Shown in pieces: positions 48,314 to 61,837 of a DNA stretch of 64,000 nt. Source of the DNA: Octopus vulgaris. Lineage: Eukaryota. The stretch spans positions 45,570,001 through 45,634,000 of the forward strand of contig OX597816.1 in NCBI GenBank assembly GCA_951406725.2. Reading direction: 5' to 3'. The notes under the pieces were generated by a model, which searched no databases, had not been told where the DNA came from, and saw nothing but the letters and a program-made list of their open reading frames with translations. The position numbers and the translations under genes are program-made. The first letter of the stretch is position 1; every line of letters starts with the position of its first letter.

Positions 48314-49166
48314 GAGGTACATGTGTGTATAAAAGTATTTAAAGAACGGTAAGAAGAAAGTATGAGCAATGAATGGTATGAAATAAAGTCAGAAAATTAT
48401 GTGTATGAGTATAATTCCTGCATGCACACTCTGTGTGTGTGTGTGTGTGTGTGTGTGCATGTGTGTGTGGTGAGAGTGGAGAAGAAACAAATTGCTAACA
48501 TTTTCGGAATAAAAGAAATAATATTAATTCACCTACATGGAGAAAATCCGTATGAAGGAGTTCCTATAGATTACAAGACACATATATATATATATATATA
48601 CATGTGTATGTGTGTGTATATACGTCAGGAAAGTATATGTATATATGGGAGTATGGGTATGTGTAGGTACATATGTATGTATGTATGTATGTATGCATGT
48701 AGGTAGGTTTGAAAATTTTGAAAACGATTCCAAACAGTATATGTTTATGGAACTCTGGGAAAATCAATCAATCACAGTTGCCATAACAAAGTATGTAAAA
48801 TGTATGCAATTTACATAAGTACAATGACAAGATGATGTTTCCACAGGCAACAGCGCTGCCTGTCACTGCTTCTATTGGCAGAAGCAATAATGGTCTTTGA
48901 TGAAAGGGTACATGTATGTGTGTGTGTGTGTGTGTGTTTGTTTGTATGTATGAGTGGGGAGGGAGAGAGAGAGAGAGAGAGAGATAGAGAGAGAGAGACA
49001 GGGACATTTGAAATGGCACGATTTCAGCTATAGAAAATGGAAGAATATTTCTCTATCTCAAATACACAAACACATTTACTGATTCATAGACACAAACACT
49101 GTTTCTGATATAAAAAACAGTAAAGAGTTTAAGATCCTCTACACCACATACACGCAACACACCCAC

Positions 49167-49210
<44 letters not shown>

Positions 49211-50834
49211 CATGCAGTAATATTTCTCAACCCATCAATTTTAAGAGACATTTTATTCCAATATATAATAAATATTATTCCACATGGTTTATGTGCAAAA
49301 CACATACAGGTAATGAATAAATGTACATATAGTGTGTTATAGCTGAACAAGTCAATGAAGCAGCCTCCATGTGGTCACTCAATTTGCTAGATATAACAGT
49401 TGAATATCCTTCAAATCATATCCTATCACATTCCAAAAAGAAAAAAGAGGGAAGGAGGAAAGACCAAATCGTGTAATTCTATAGTCATTAAAAGAGAAAG
49501 AGGCAGGATGATTCCAGCTGGAAAGTATTTGATTAGTTGTGGAACCAGGCCTGAACTAAGACAAGACAAAATATTTTGAAGTATCTAGGAGACTGAAAGG
49601 CAAATATTAAAGGAAAATGCAAAATGAAAAAAAAATTGTATCTTAATAACCAACCCCATATTAATGAAGATAACAAGGGAGCTTTGCTATGTGGACACTT
49701 GACTTGCTAGAAATAAACGCCTAATCTTTCTCAAATCACACAGTCTACTTGCTATTTTAAAAACATGTGGAAGGATGCACAAAAGTAATGTAGTCATTGT
49801 AATATTGTCTCTAGTGGAAAAATAAATTGGTATCAGTCAAGGATGCAGTGCCTTTGAGCATATGATCTGCTCAATCAGCACTGACGACAACAACAACTTT
49901 GTTAATACACGTAATCAAAGAGTTGTCTTAGAATATTTCCTGTAAACAGATTAACAAGAAAAGAAAATGGTTCATTTTGTTGTTGCTCCCCTTTAACCCC
50001 CACCGTTACTGCCACTTTTGTTTTCAAATTTGTGAAGACGCTTGCTTCCTAACCACATGGTTCCGGGTTCAGTCCCACACAGTGGGACCTTGTGCAAGTG
50101 TCTTCTACTAATCTACTAAATTCTTGGGCTGACCAAAACCTTGTGAGTGGATCTGGTAGAGAGAAACTGAAAGAAACCCGTTGTATATGTGTGTTGTGTT
50201 TGTTCCCTACTACCAATTGACAACCAGTGTTTGTGGGTTTATGTTCCCGTAACTTAGCAGTTCAGCAAAAGAGATCGATAAAATAAGCACCAGGCTTAAA
50301 AAAAAACAAGTACTGGGGTCGATTCATTTGACTAAGATTCTTCAAGGCAGTGCTCCAGCATGGCCACAGTCTAATGAGTGAAACAAGCAAAAGATAGAGA
50401 GGGGGGGGGAATGTCTACAAAAACATTAATGTTTGAAATACAAATAATGTTTACAAATTTTCAGCACAAGGCCAACAGTTTTTGAGGGGATGGGGAAAGG
50501 GAAGCCGATTACATCAATCCTAGTACATGACTGGTACTTATTTTATCAACACCCCACCCCAGGAGGATGAAAGGCAAAGTCAACCTTGGCTGAATTTGAA
50601 CTCAGAATGTAAAACGATATAAATAATAAAAAAAAAAACACTAACTACAAAGTACTGATACTATATACTACATATACATAATACCTGAGAAATATGATGA
50701 TGGGCAATGATGAGGGGTAAAGTTGGTGGAACATATTGAAACACAAATGCATTTAGGGGATATATGTTAATGAAGGTTCTTTCCTTTCGACTTGGCAGTG
50801 GAAGGTGGAAGGTTGCCACCGAGATCACCGGAAA

Positions 50835-50867
<33 letters not shown>

Positions 50868-52131
50868 TGTTCTAATTTATGCAAAAGGCCATCAATTTTT
50901 TGAAGTTAAGGGGTTTAGTTAGTCGATTATATTGATGACTCTAGTGCTTGGCTGGTACATTATTTTATCAATCCCCCAAAAACATGAATGAAAGGTAGAG
51001 TTCTGCCAGGCAGAATTTGAACTCAGAAAGTACAGAACTGGAACAAATGCCACAAGGCATATTTTCCAATATTCCTAAGGATTCTGCTAGTATACCACCT
51101 TTATTTTTATCATTAATTATAATAATGAAATGTAATCTAAGATTTGAATCCAAAACATAAAGGGACTACATACTAAACACCATGTGGCATTTAGCTGAAA
51201 TATATATGTATGTTTGTTTGTTTGTATTGTCATATACCACCAAAATAATGATTGCTTCTAAAATTGGTTACAAAGCCAAGAAGTTGAATGAGAAGTAGTT
51301 GATTTCAATCAACCCAGAAGTTGACAGGTACTCTATTTTATTGACCCCAAAAGGGAGGAAAGGCAAAGTTGACCACATGGGAATTGAACTCAGAAAGGAA
51401 GTAAATTTAATAGAAAGAATACTTTAAGGTATTTTTGCCCAAAGATTTAGCAATTTTGCTTACTAACAATAAAAATGTTGACCATCGATTTCTTTTTAGG
51501 AACAAGGTGGCATTTTATATTGAAGGGTCTATAGGCAAGAAATGTAGACCTTTCATATAACTGGTGCTTGTTTTACCAACATTCAGAGTAATGAAAGGCC
51601 AAGTTGACTCCCTGTGGCATTTGGAACCCAGAATGCAGAGGGAGCCAAAACTGAATACGTTAAAGCATTCAGTACAGGTATTTACTATTTCTACCAATTC
51701 ACCACTGCTAATTCTAATTGAGTTTCTTTCTTATGTGCAAGGTCAAAACATTCAATGACAAACAATTCTGTTTGCATGGCATTCATGACCATAAAAAAAG
51801 GGACATTAGCAGTGTACGTTTACCAACATGATCTGGCTTATACCAGGAAACAAAGCAGCTTTGTTGATATCCGCTTCTTATTCACTTGCTGCCACTGCCT
51901 TCTTAGAACTTGACTAAAACGGTGGTTCTTTGGGAGCAAAAAAAAAATTACAAAGAACAAAAAGTATTTATAAACAACATAATTGTAAAAGTTTCCAAAT
52001 TGTCACATTTTTTTCTTTTCTTTTTCCACCCATATAATTGATAACATATTCATTCATTTTTTTTTTTTTATGGTTAGGGAAATGGAAACAAATTATAATT
52101 CCCACATAATGAACTAAGAGTCCAGAAATCA

Positions 52132-52195
<64 letters not shown>

Positions 52196-55100
52196 TGCAT
52201 GCACACATACATACATGCATACATACATTACGTTTAGTCATTCATGGATCCATTTATTGATAGTTGGTTTGACACTAGATAACATGAAACTCTGAGTAAC
52301 CCAATATATTAACAAGTTTTGAAAAATACACATACACACAAGCAAGCACGGCAGACAGAAATTTCACTGGATGAAAATATCCTTCATTAGGATATTAAAG
52401 AATTAAGACTAATGAAGTAATAAGCTAGATCACTTATCAAATGTATGTAAAAGGTACATTGTGTTACAAAGTATTACAACACACACACACACAAACAAAA
52501 TATTTATTAGGCAGATCCCAACCACGACCACCACCACTTCTGCTGTTAGAAAGACCCTGATGAACATAGGCAGTACAGATTCAAACATATCTAACTCTCA
52601 GACCTCTTCAGATGATCACCACATTAGAACCATATCTGTGTATGAAGTTGGTGCCAGACTTAGAGACACAATGAACATCATCATCATCAAATTCAATAAC
52701 AAACAATTCATCAAAGAGGAGTAAGGCAGTGCTATCTGAGGTGGGACTGCCAGAAGTGCTGAGAACCTCTTTATAGGGTGTTGTGGAAGAGATAATTAAA
52801 ACACAAACCAACAGCCTTAAATCTAACACAGTACCCAACTCACACATTCATTAATAATATTAACCTGGTAGTCAGTACCGTTTTACACCTAGACATTTAA
52901 TCACAACATGCAGAATACATTGAGTGTACCTAACAATATTTAGCAAAATACTGTCCATGAAAGTATAAAAAAAGTCACAATGGACCACCCTTTCTTTTTG
53001 ATACCCCCAATAAGAGGTTACCCGTACTAAACACCGAGTTATGGATAGAGAACGTCATCGTCTGAGACATGCATCTCCCACTCATGCAACATGAAAATTA
53101 ATTATAAGAAAAAGATTCAGCTGTATCGGAAACTGTCGGAATCAACCTCTTAACGGTTGACCTTGCAAGAATAATGAGGAATGTATCACAACTGTGTCTA
53201 CCTCACAAGTGGTGGAAGCATATCTTCTACATGTAAATAGCTAGAGCAAGGATGGATATATATATATACACTGTTAGAGACAGAGTACATAATGGAATAA
53301 AGAAATGATTATTTACTACAGAATACTACAGATTGTGTTCTTGATATAACAAATTCCGAGGTAATGATAGAAAGAAAAAACAAGCAACTAAATTTACTAC
53401 ATGATATTGTAATACAAAGTTCCATAATAAAGTCTGTACATTCTACACTAAGAGTGAAATAGTAAACAGATTTAGAAATATCTTACAGGAAAAATTAATT
53501 TTAATATGAAGGTCAATTTGCGAAAAAAAACAAAAAAAAAAAAACAGAGATCGTTTGTTATTTATAAATTTTACTGTTTCGGAGAAAAACACATGCAGTA
53601 AAGATTGTAAAATTTGTATAACGAACACAACTTCAAGAAAAAAAAAATTTCAGTGTGTATTGCATAAGGTGTTTGGAGAGGTCATATGAGACCTCACTGA
53701 ATAGTATACAGGAAAGGAAATTTAGGTGATAAATAGAAAAAAAAAAAATTGAAAAACATAGATAAATCATTCCTTTTGATGTAGCTTTTTCAATGTTCTA
53801 TCGATATACACTGGACAAACAAGATGGATAGATAAATAGCTATGATGTGGGTATAGCAACACATCTAAAATATCTGAGAATCTGTAAGAATAGAGGAATG
53901 CAGACTTCAAGGGCACTCTCCTAAATTTGAGAATAACAACACCAATGCACTTTACTCAAGGTAGAACCCCCTATACTATTTTTACTTTTCTTATATTAGA
54001 CATATCTACTATTCTATTATTTTGCAGTTTTAACCTAATTACAAAATGCAATATATATATATATATATATATATGCCTGGTTACATCAAATTACCCAAAC
54101 AAAACAACCATGAGCCAAGAAAGGAATGTCTATGTTCTACTGGGTCACTGAAGCTGCCAGAAATAGGAACCAAATCTCCCTCGTTTCACACTCCACGATT
54201 ACCTTTAAAAGGGTTAAATTAGTGTAGTCGAACCTAAATCATCTCTGAATAAAGGAAGGGATGGTCACAGCTGGAATGCTTTTGATCATAGGTCTGCTTG
54301 ACCAGAGATGATTCGTTGCGGCTGAACAACAAAACTTTCCTCCAACATAAAATACAGAAAACTAAAAAAAAAAAATTTTTTTTAAGTGGAAAAATGAAGG
54401 AAGTTGCTCAAGATTCCAATTTTAATCTACGGACCCCCTCATGCTAATATATGTATGCCATGGTTGTGTATATAGGGACCCCACTGCATTGTTTTGCATG
54501 GGAGGCTATAAAGCTGCTAAGGAGGTTCTGCAGCCATCCTATCACCCACAATAGTTCTTCAAAATGGCTTTATAACCACTGATAGCACCATAAGCATTAT
54601 GCTGAAGGGAATGGAAGTATAGTGATGTAAACAGCAAAAATATGCTTCAGAGGGAAAGTACAAAGAGGACATGTTAAATAATAAAGTTTAGTTACCATTA
54701 AAATGACAGGATGAACATGGTTGACCATAAGTTCACTCAATCATGAATTGACCAAGAAGAGAGACAACAGCAAAATTATCAACACTATGAACCTATCACC
54801 AACATCACAATGATGTTATATGTAGACGCACACAAAATAAAGTCACAAACCATAGGACGAATTAGGCTATTGAGCAACAACTTGCTGAAGAATCAAATTG
54901 CAAATTTTTGAGGATACAAGAGCAAACACAAGTGATAGGACAAGACAGAGTGGGGGAGCAAACAAATAAGAAAAAAGGAGAAAGAGAAAACATAAGTCAC
55001 CACAACATATCAACGTTTTTCCCTTTTTTGTTTTTTTACTAAATACGGTGAATGATCAAATTTGGATTATTTTGTTAAAATCTCAGAGTATATAACAATA

Positions 55101-56342
55101 TATTGTGCATATTTAATGAATTCAGAAGACAACTACCATGCAGTTGTTTTAATTTGAACACCCAGCCTTAGATAAAATATTTTTACTAAACAAGACAAGA
55201 GCCACAAAGTAATTATATGTGTGTGTCTGTGTGTATGTATTATGTGTATTGTGTGTGTGTGAGTGTGTAGTTTAACCCTTTAGCATTCAGATTAAATTGT
55301 ATCATGATTCTTAGTGAAATTGTTTTGAATTAATCAGGCATCATTGCATACCTTCGAGATTTTGATGATGTGATTGTATATTTTTTTGAATGACATTGTA
55401 AGATAAATGTCACAGACACAGTCTAGTCAGTTTGGACATAAAACAGGTAGAATATTTCAACCGGATTTGGCCAGTTTAAATAGACTAATTGTAATGTTTT
55501 TAAAATGCGGTTAAACAGCTTTGCGGCTGAATCCAAGATGGCAATGTCAGTAAACAGTAGAAGATGTCTTTGAATTGAGTAGAAACTTTTTCAAAATCAA
55601 GAATGTGTTTTTAATATAGGCACTATCTAATAATTGTAATAATCGATGAAAGAAAGACCATGTCTATTCTGCATAAATTTGTTATTGAAAACGAAATAAT
55701 TTTTTTTTTAAATACTTGCATAGCTTATGAACAAGAGGAGTTTAGGGAGGAGGGGACATCTATCTAAAGTAATGATGTAAAGCATGCTTGCGTATATTAC
55801 ACACACACAATGTCGTATATCTATGAGGAAGAGAGAGAAATTTACATTCAACACATAAATACATGCATGTGAGAGTACAAAAGGTGAAGAAAAGTACTCA
55901 ATATATTTAACAGAGCTTATTTGTTTAAACTGCTCCTTCACTCTATTGCTTCTTGGTGTCTTTTGCTTATGTGCACTCATTCAGATGACACTTATAGAAT
56001 GTGGATTATTGTGGATTACCAGCTTGAAATAAACATATCCACACACACACACACACACACACACAAATATACATGGATTTATTAACATTACAGTGCTACA
56101 ATAATTGTAATAGTATACACTTCATTAAAAATTCAAATAATTCACTAAATGGGGAAAAAAATAAAAAAACACACACTCAACTATTAAACTTAAGAGCAGC
56201 TTTTAAGACCTTCAAATAAATCCAGTTATATCAATAATAATAATACATATATTGATTTGTGTACTGTAAGAAAACAAATCATTATGTATTTTGCAAATGC
56301 ACAGCTTTTTACCAACTCAATCATTAATTTTTTCATTATTAC

Positions 56343-56378
<36 letters not shown>

Positions 56379-57380
56379 GTTCCTTTTAATGTGGAAGTCA
56401 GTGAGACTGTGCGTTTGAATTTTCAATTTATCTCCTATACAAAAACAAAATACAACTTGAAGTACTGTAAGAAATGTGATAGTAATTGGTAACCATTTAC
56501 TAATTGCTTGTTTGGAATTTTGTGGAAGAGAAAGACAACCTGAAGGGAAATGTTCAAGTCACATTAAACCTAGACCTAACGAATCTTACATCAAATGATA
56601 CCAGAACCATCAGAATCACAATATGGAAATTAACACTTTTTGAGTATCTTAACAGATATACAATGAGTAGAGGTTTGTAGAGAAGAAAAAAAAAAGGTGT
56701 ATGCATATGTGCACACAGGTGTAGTATGGCCAAATGGTTAAAGAGCTCACTTGTCATGAGGTATGGTTTTGATTCGGCTGAATAACATCCTGGGCAAGGG
56801 TAGTTTTCTATGGCTTTGGGTACAGAATACCTAAGGAATGAAATAAAGTAGAGAGAAACTACATAGAAGCCAGCTGAATGTCTTGTACCATTATTTCAAA
56901 GATCCAGCCTTGCCACACTATATCAAGAACATTCTCTCAAGAATTAGATTAATAGTATGTCTGTGAATACTCAGCCACGTACATGCTAATTCTATGAACC
57001 TGGTAGTATAGTTGATTGAACACTCATGACTGGAAATTCTGGCTTAGATCCATTTTATTCATACAGACACACACACGCACAACTATGGATTATAATTCAT
57101 GTATTCACAATTTCCTTTCATTAAGATTTTTTTAAATAAAATCGTTAGATTATAAATTGATTATTAAGGTTCTATGAATTAGAATAATCAATATTAATAT
57201 TGGAATAACTTGAGTGAGTTAAACGTCACTCACGTTGTTCAGAAATAATCTATTACAACCACTTGTCTTTTTTTAAATACTTTCTCCAACTTATTTTATG
57301 TTTAAATAAAAATTGTTTAATATACTTTTTTTAGTATTTACTACCCACTGCCTTCCCCAAATATATATGTGTGTGTGTGC

Positions 57381-57433
<53 letters not shown>

Positions 57434-58555
57434 GCAGATATACACACACATATACAAAAATATTCTTTCCTCAATCTCAATTATTTGAAACATATACATG
57501 ATACTGAAGACAATAGTTTAAAACACCATAAAAATTCAATAAAACACGGGAGATAGTAGTTTCAAAGTGCATATGAGACATTATTGTTCTCTTGTTTTGA
57601 CTGATGGTACTCATAAAAGCATTAAAACATTAGTAGTAAAAAAAAAAAAATTTTTTAATGAAAGACCCTTCTCCTCCTGAAATATACACATACAAACATA
57701 TATCAAAAACAAAATCAATTTATTACCTAATTAAAAAGATATGAAGAGAAACTGAGTGAATGAATTAATTAAAATAAACAATAAGATAAAGATACTGGGA
57801 TATGGAAAAAGATATGAATCTCAGAGGATAGCATTTATTCAAAGATGCGAAGATCACATGTCAGAAAAGTTGCATAACAACTTTCCTTCAAATTACAGAG
57901 AGTTCTCATGTTTCAAATTGGCAGTCCTTTTGCCTGAATAGAAACAAGGATTCATGTTAAATGCTCTACTAGTTGAGCCAAATTATTCATTACTAACAGA
58001 AGAATGCATTATATATATATATATATATTGATGCACACACACATATATGTGTGCATCAATTTATACATGTGCATCCATATACATGCATATAGACATACAT
58101 ACGTGTGTGTGTGTGTATCATGTAGGTGCAGTATAGCTAAATGGTTCAGATGTCCACATTGTTACCATGGGGTTTGGGTTCAATCCCACACAGGAGCATC
58201 TTGCACAAATGTTAATTTTTTTTTTTTTTGTCTTTCTTTTATGCATGAATGAGAGATTCAGTTGATGGAAGCTGGACTGATTGTCGGGTGGCCTGTACTT
58301 GTAATTCCAATGGCCCAGCTTTGTCATGCACTGAGTCAAGCTGATTCTGCCTCAGAATTACAATAAGGGTACACATGACTGTGACTGTGGAACATTCAAC
58401 CACTTACCTGCTAATCCAGGAACAGCCTATTCAGCCAAACAAACAACTGAATCGTCATCATGAAATGACCATCACCGTGTATGCACACACACACACACAT
58501 ACCAACATACATAGATGTACTTATATATACACATATATATATATGTATGTATGTA

Positions 58556-58587
<32 letters not shown>

Positions 58588-60742
58588 CATACACACACAC
58601 ACACGGCACTTGCACATGCATACATTTATATACGCAAATTCAAATGTATATTCAAATATATACACATGTAAATTACACACACACACACGCATACACCATA
58701 CAAAAATTTATTCATTGTGTTTATTTTTCCTGTTGAAGTTTTTTCTTTTTATTTAATTTTTATTTTCTTTGTTAACATAAACTGTAAGAAGAACTCACAA
58801 ATGCTAATGGAAGGGCTTGAGTTTTAGTATTATTATTATTATTATTATTATCATCATCAATGTTATTATTATCATTTCTTTTCATTTATAAAATTTGGCA
58901 CAACCATTGTAATCTATTTGAAGAGCAGAAACATATGAAGATTCTATCTAGATAAAAAGGGGGAAAAAATCCCTCTCACCCCCCACTCCCACCCACTGAA
59001 AATACGAAACAATAAAAGAAAGAGGAAGGAGAGAAAAAAAAATGGATACAAATATTTGTAATAAAACAATCTTTGATATACAGCTGCTGTCTGAAAAAAA
59101 TATCACAGGATCTATTGCCGCGAGAGTTTGTTTCTTCATGTACACACACATGCATAGAGATAAATGCACACACATATAAACACACACACACACACATGCA
59201 CACAAATATACATGTCTATATGTAGATTTGTGTATGTGTATACACACATGCACACACATACATACATACATACATACACAAAAGAGAGACACAAGGAATT
59301 ATTGATTTTGTATGGGTAAATTCTTCTACCCATCAGTTTAAAAAGAAAAAGAAAAATATTTTAATTATAAAGAAAATGAAATAAGGGCCAAACAGATGGG
59401 AGGAAAAGGGAGAGGAAGACATAAGATAGGACCAACTAATTTGTAACAATAAAAAATAGAAGCTAAAGAAAATTGAAATGGAAGACTTATTTACTAACCC
59501 AGCTCCTAACATATATTTCTTAGTCACTATTTACAGTGGTATAGAGAGAATAATAATAATATTAATAATAATAATCCTTTCTACTATGAGCATAAGGTTT
59601 GAAATTTGTGGGGAAAGGTTAAGCAATTATTTTGACCCCAGTGCTCAACTGGTATTTATTTTATCAACCTAAAAGGATCAAAGCCACAGCTGACCTTTGC
59701 AGAATTTAAATTCAGAACATAAAGACAGCAGAAATGCCATGAAGCATTTTTGTTTAGCATGCTACAAGAAGAAGAAGTATTGTTTTTAAATTCTAATGAT
59801 AACTGTGAAAAATCTAATAGTCTACTTGTCTAATATAAAGGAGAGTCTTTTTTTATAGCATAACTATGAGTATTTAAGGGGAAAAAAACATTAAAGAGAA
59901 ATTCAGATTTTGAACTAATAAAAAATTTTTTTTTTCTTTAATGAAACACAAAAATAAAAAAGCCAAATAATTTAGAAAGTAGTTTTAAATCAGGGAAAAA
60001 AAAATTTGTAACACTTTTTCCAAGACATTTGGTATTGCTACTCATTCACAAACGTAATATAGATATAGCTAAATATGGAGTAATAAATGCTAATTATTAT
60101 TATTATCTATTATTAATGTTAAAATGAAACAGCCCAAAACAAAGAGAATATAATGATAGTTTCATGATATTTTATCCACACAAACCACTGCAGTTTCGAA
60201 TTGGCAAGATGGCGGTGTTAGCTGGGAATCTGTTGTTAGTCATCATGATCATCATCATGTTTATGAAGCTACGAGTTGCGATTAAATATAATACTACTGC
60301 TATTCTCTATCATAGAATTTTCCTTATCATAGTAGTTAGAATTTACATAAATTATTCACTGAGACTTATCTTTAAAAAAAATGTTTAATTCAATTTGGCC
60401 ATCTGGAAAAAAAAAAATCGAAGCAGAGTTGCTTCCCTTTACAGTAGGGGAGATAAGTAACATTGGTGAAGACTAAAAGGCTGATGAGCGAAATACTTTT
60501 GATTTCTTCAAACGGTTCGACGACCATCAAAACTTTAAATCTTTGTTCATATTAGATACGACAGGGAGTAAAAGGAGAAATGTTGGGGATTTTTTTTTAA
60601 AGGGAAAATAAAAGAAAGATAATTTTAATCAATGTATATCTGATTGAATTTTCACAATATTTTTCGTTTAAACATGATCATTAAAAAAATGTTTTCATTT
60701 CATTGAAACTGACAAACTGGAAGCACAGTATACTAAATAAGA

Positions 60743-60777
<35 letters not shown>

Positions 60778-61623
60778 CATTATTTAAAGAGAAAAGAGAC
60801 GAGGATACACAACCAAGCTAACTTTTAAAATTGAATAACATTTCATTTTTAACTTCGTTAAACAACTTCTTAAAACTCACTGGTAAAAAGTAACTGAATT
60901 TAGTTCAAAAGATAAAAACTGAAGAAAAAATTTATAAGAAAAAAGGGAGGGATGAGGAAATACTTTAAATAAAGTAAAAAAAACAAAAACAAAAGAAAAA
61001 AACATAGGAATAAAGCAAAAATTAATAATAAACACAAAACAAAAAATAGCAAACTAATTTTAATATGAAGAAAACGTTATGTTCTGTTCATAAAGATCCC
61101 CCTACCCGCAAATCAATTCCTGGAGAGAAAAAAAAAATTAAAATGAAGCAATTCAAAATAGTTACATCAGGACATGTAGATGAATGGCAAAATAATTTCA
61201 TTTTCAAATCCAAACGTTTGAAAGAATTCAACACAAGAAAAGTTCAGAAGTTCAGAGTATAAGGTACGAAGAATCCTGACTTAGAGAGAGAGTAGAAACC
61301 TACATAGTGCTTACAAAGTAATTCTTAAGCTTTCGGGGAAGGCACCTTACATGATGATAATTATTATTATTATTATTATTATTATTTGCTACATCTATGT
61401 TTGACTAGTGTGAGATACGAGGGGGGAAAACAGTTGTTCGAAGTTCTCACTTCACAAGAGAGATGTTCTTGTTTTTGCTAATGAACTCCAAGTTGAGCAA
61501 TAAGAGTTTCAACCTTTTGGTACATACATACATACATAAGAAAAAAAATGCTGATATCTAAACATTGGCAGAGTCATCCAATCCAGGTAACATGATAGAG
61601 AGGAGGAGAGATCATTTGTATTA

Positions 61624-61655
<32 letters not shown>

Positions 61656-61788
61656 AAAAAAGAGATTTTGGAATGAATACAGCGAGGTGTTTTTTTTTTT
61701 TCTTTTTTTTTTTCACATTTTGAAATGAACCATTAGAGTTAGCCTTGAAACAGCTGTAAATATGCAGTTTTGGAGACAAGAAAGTAAC

Positions 61789-61837
<49 letters not shown>

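Noticed and set aside
47131-48369. ORFs of 357-412 aa in several frames
   Set aside because: Translations of the (TACA/TA)n microsatellite. The same applies to the YIYI/CVCV/HTHT ORFs throughout the window.
52461-52847. Opposing 79-87-aa ORFs in unique sequence
   Set aside because: No recognisable domain or consistent splice pair; it looks more like UTR.
60205-60215. YY1-like CAAGATGGCGG motif suggesting a promoter
   Set aside because: An isolated short motif with no downstream exon or other promoter evidence.
60475-60500. AAAAGG-CTGATGA-GC-GAAA-TA-CTTTT hammerhead core words
   Set aside because: There is no room for stem II or stem III loops, so it cannot fold as a monomer. Single copy, and plausible by chance.
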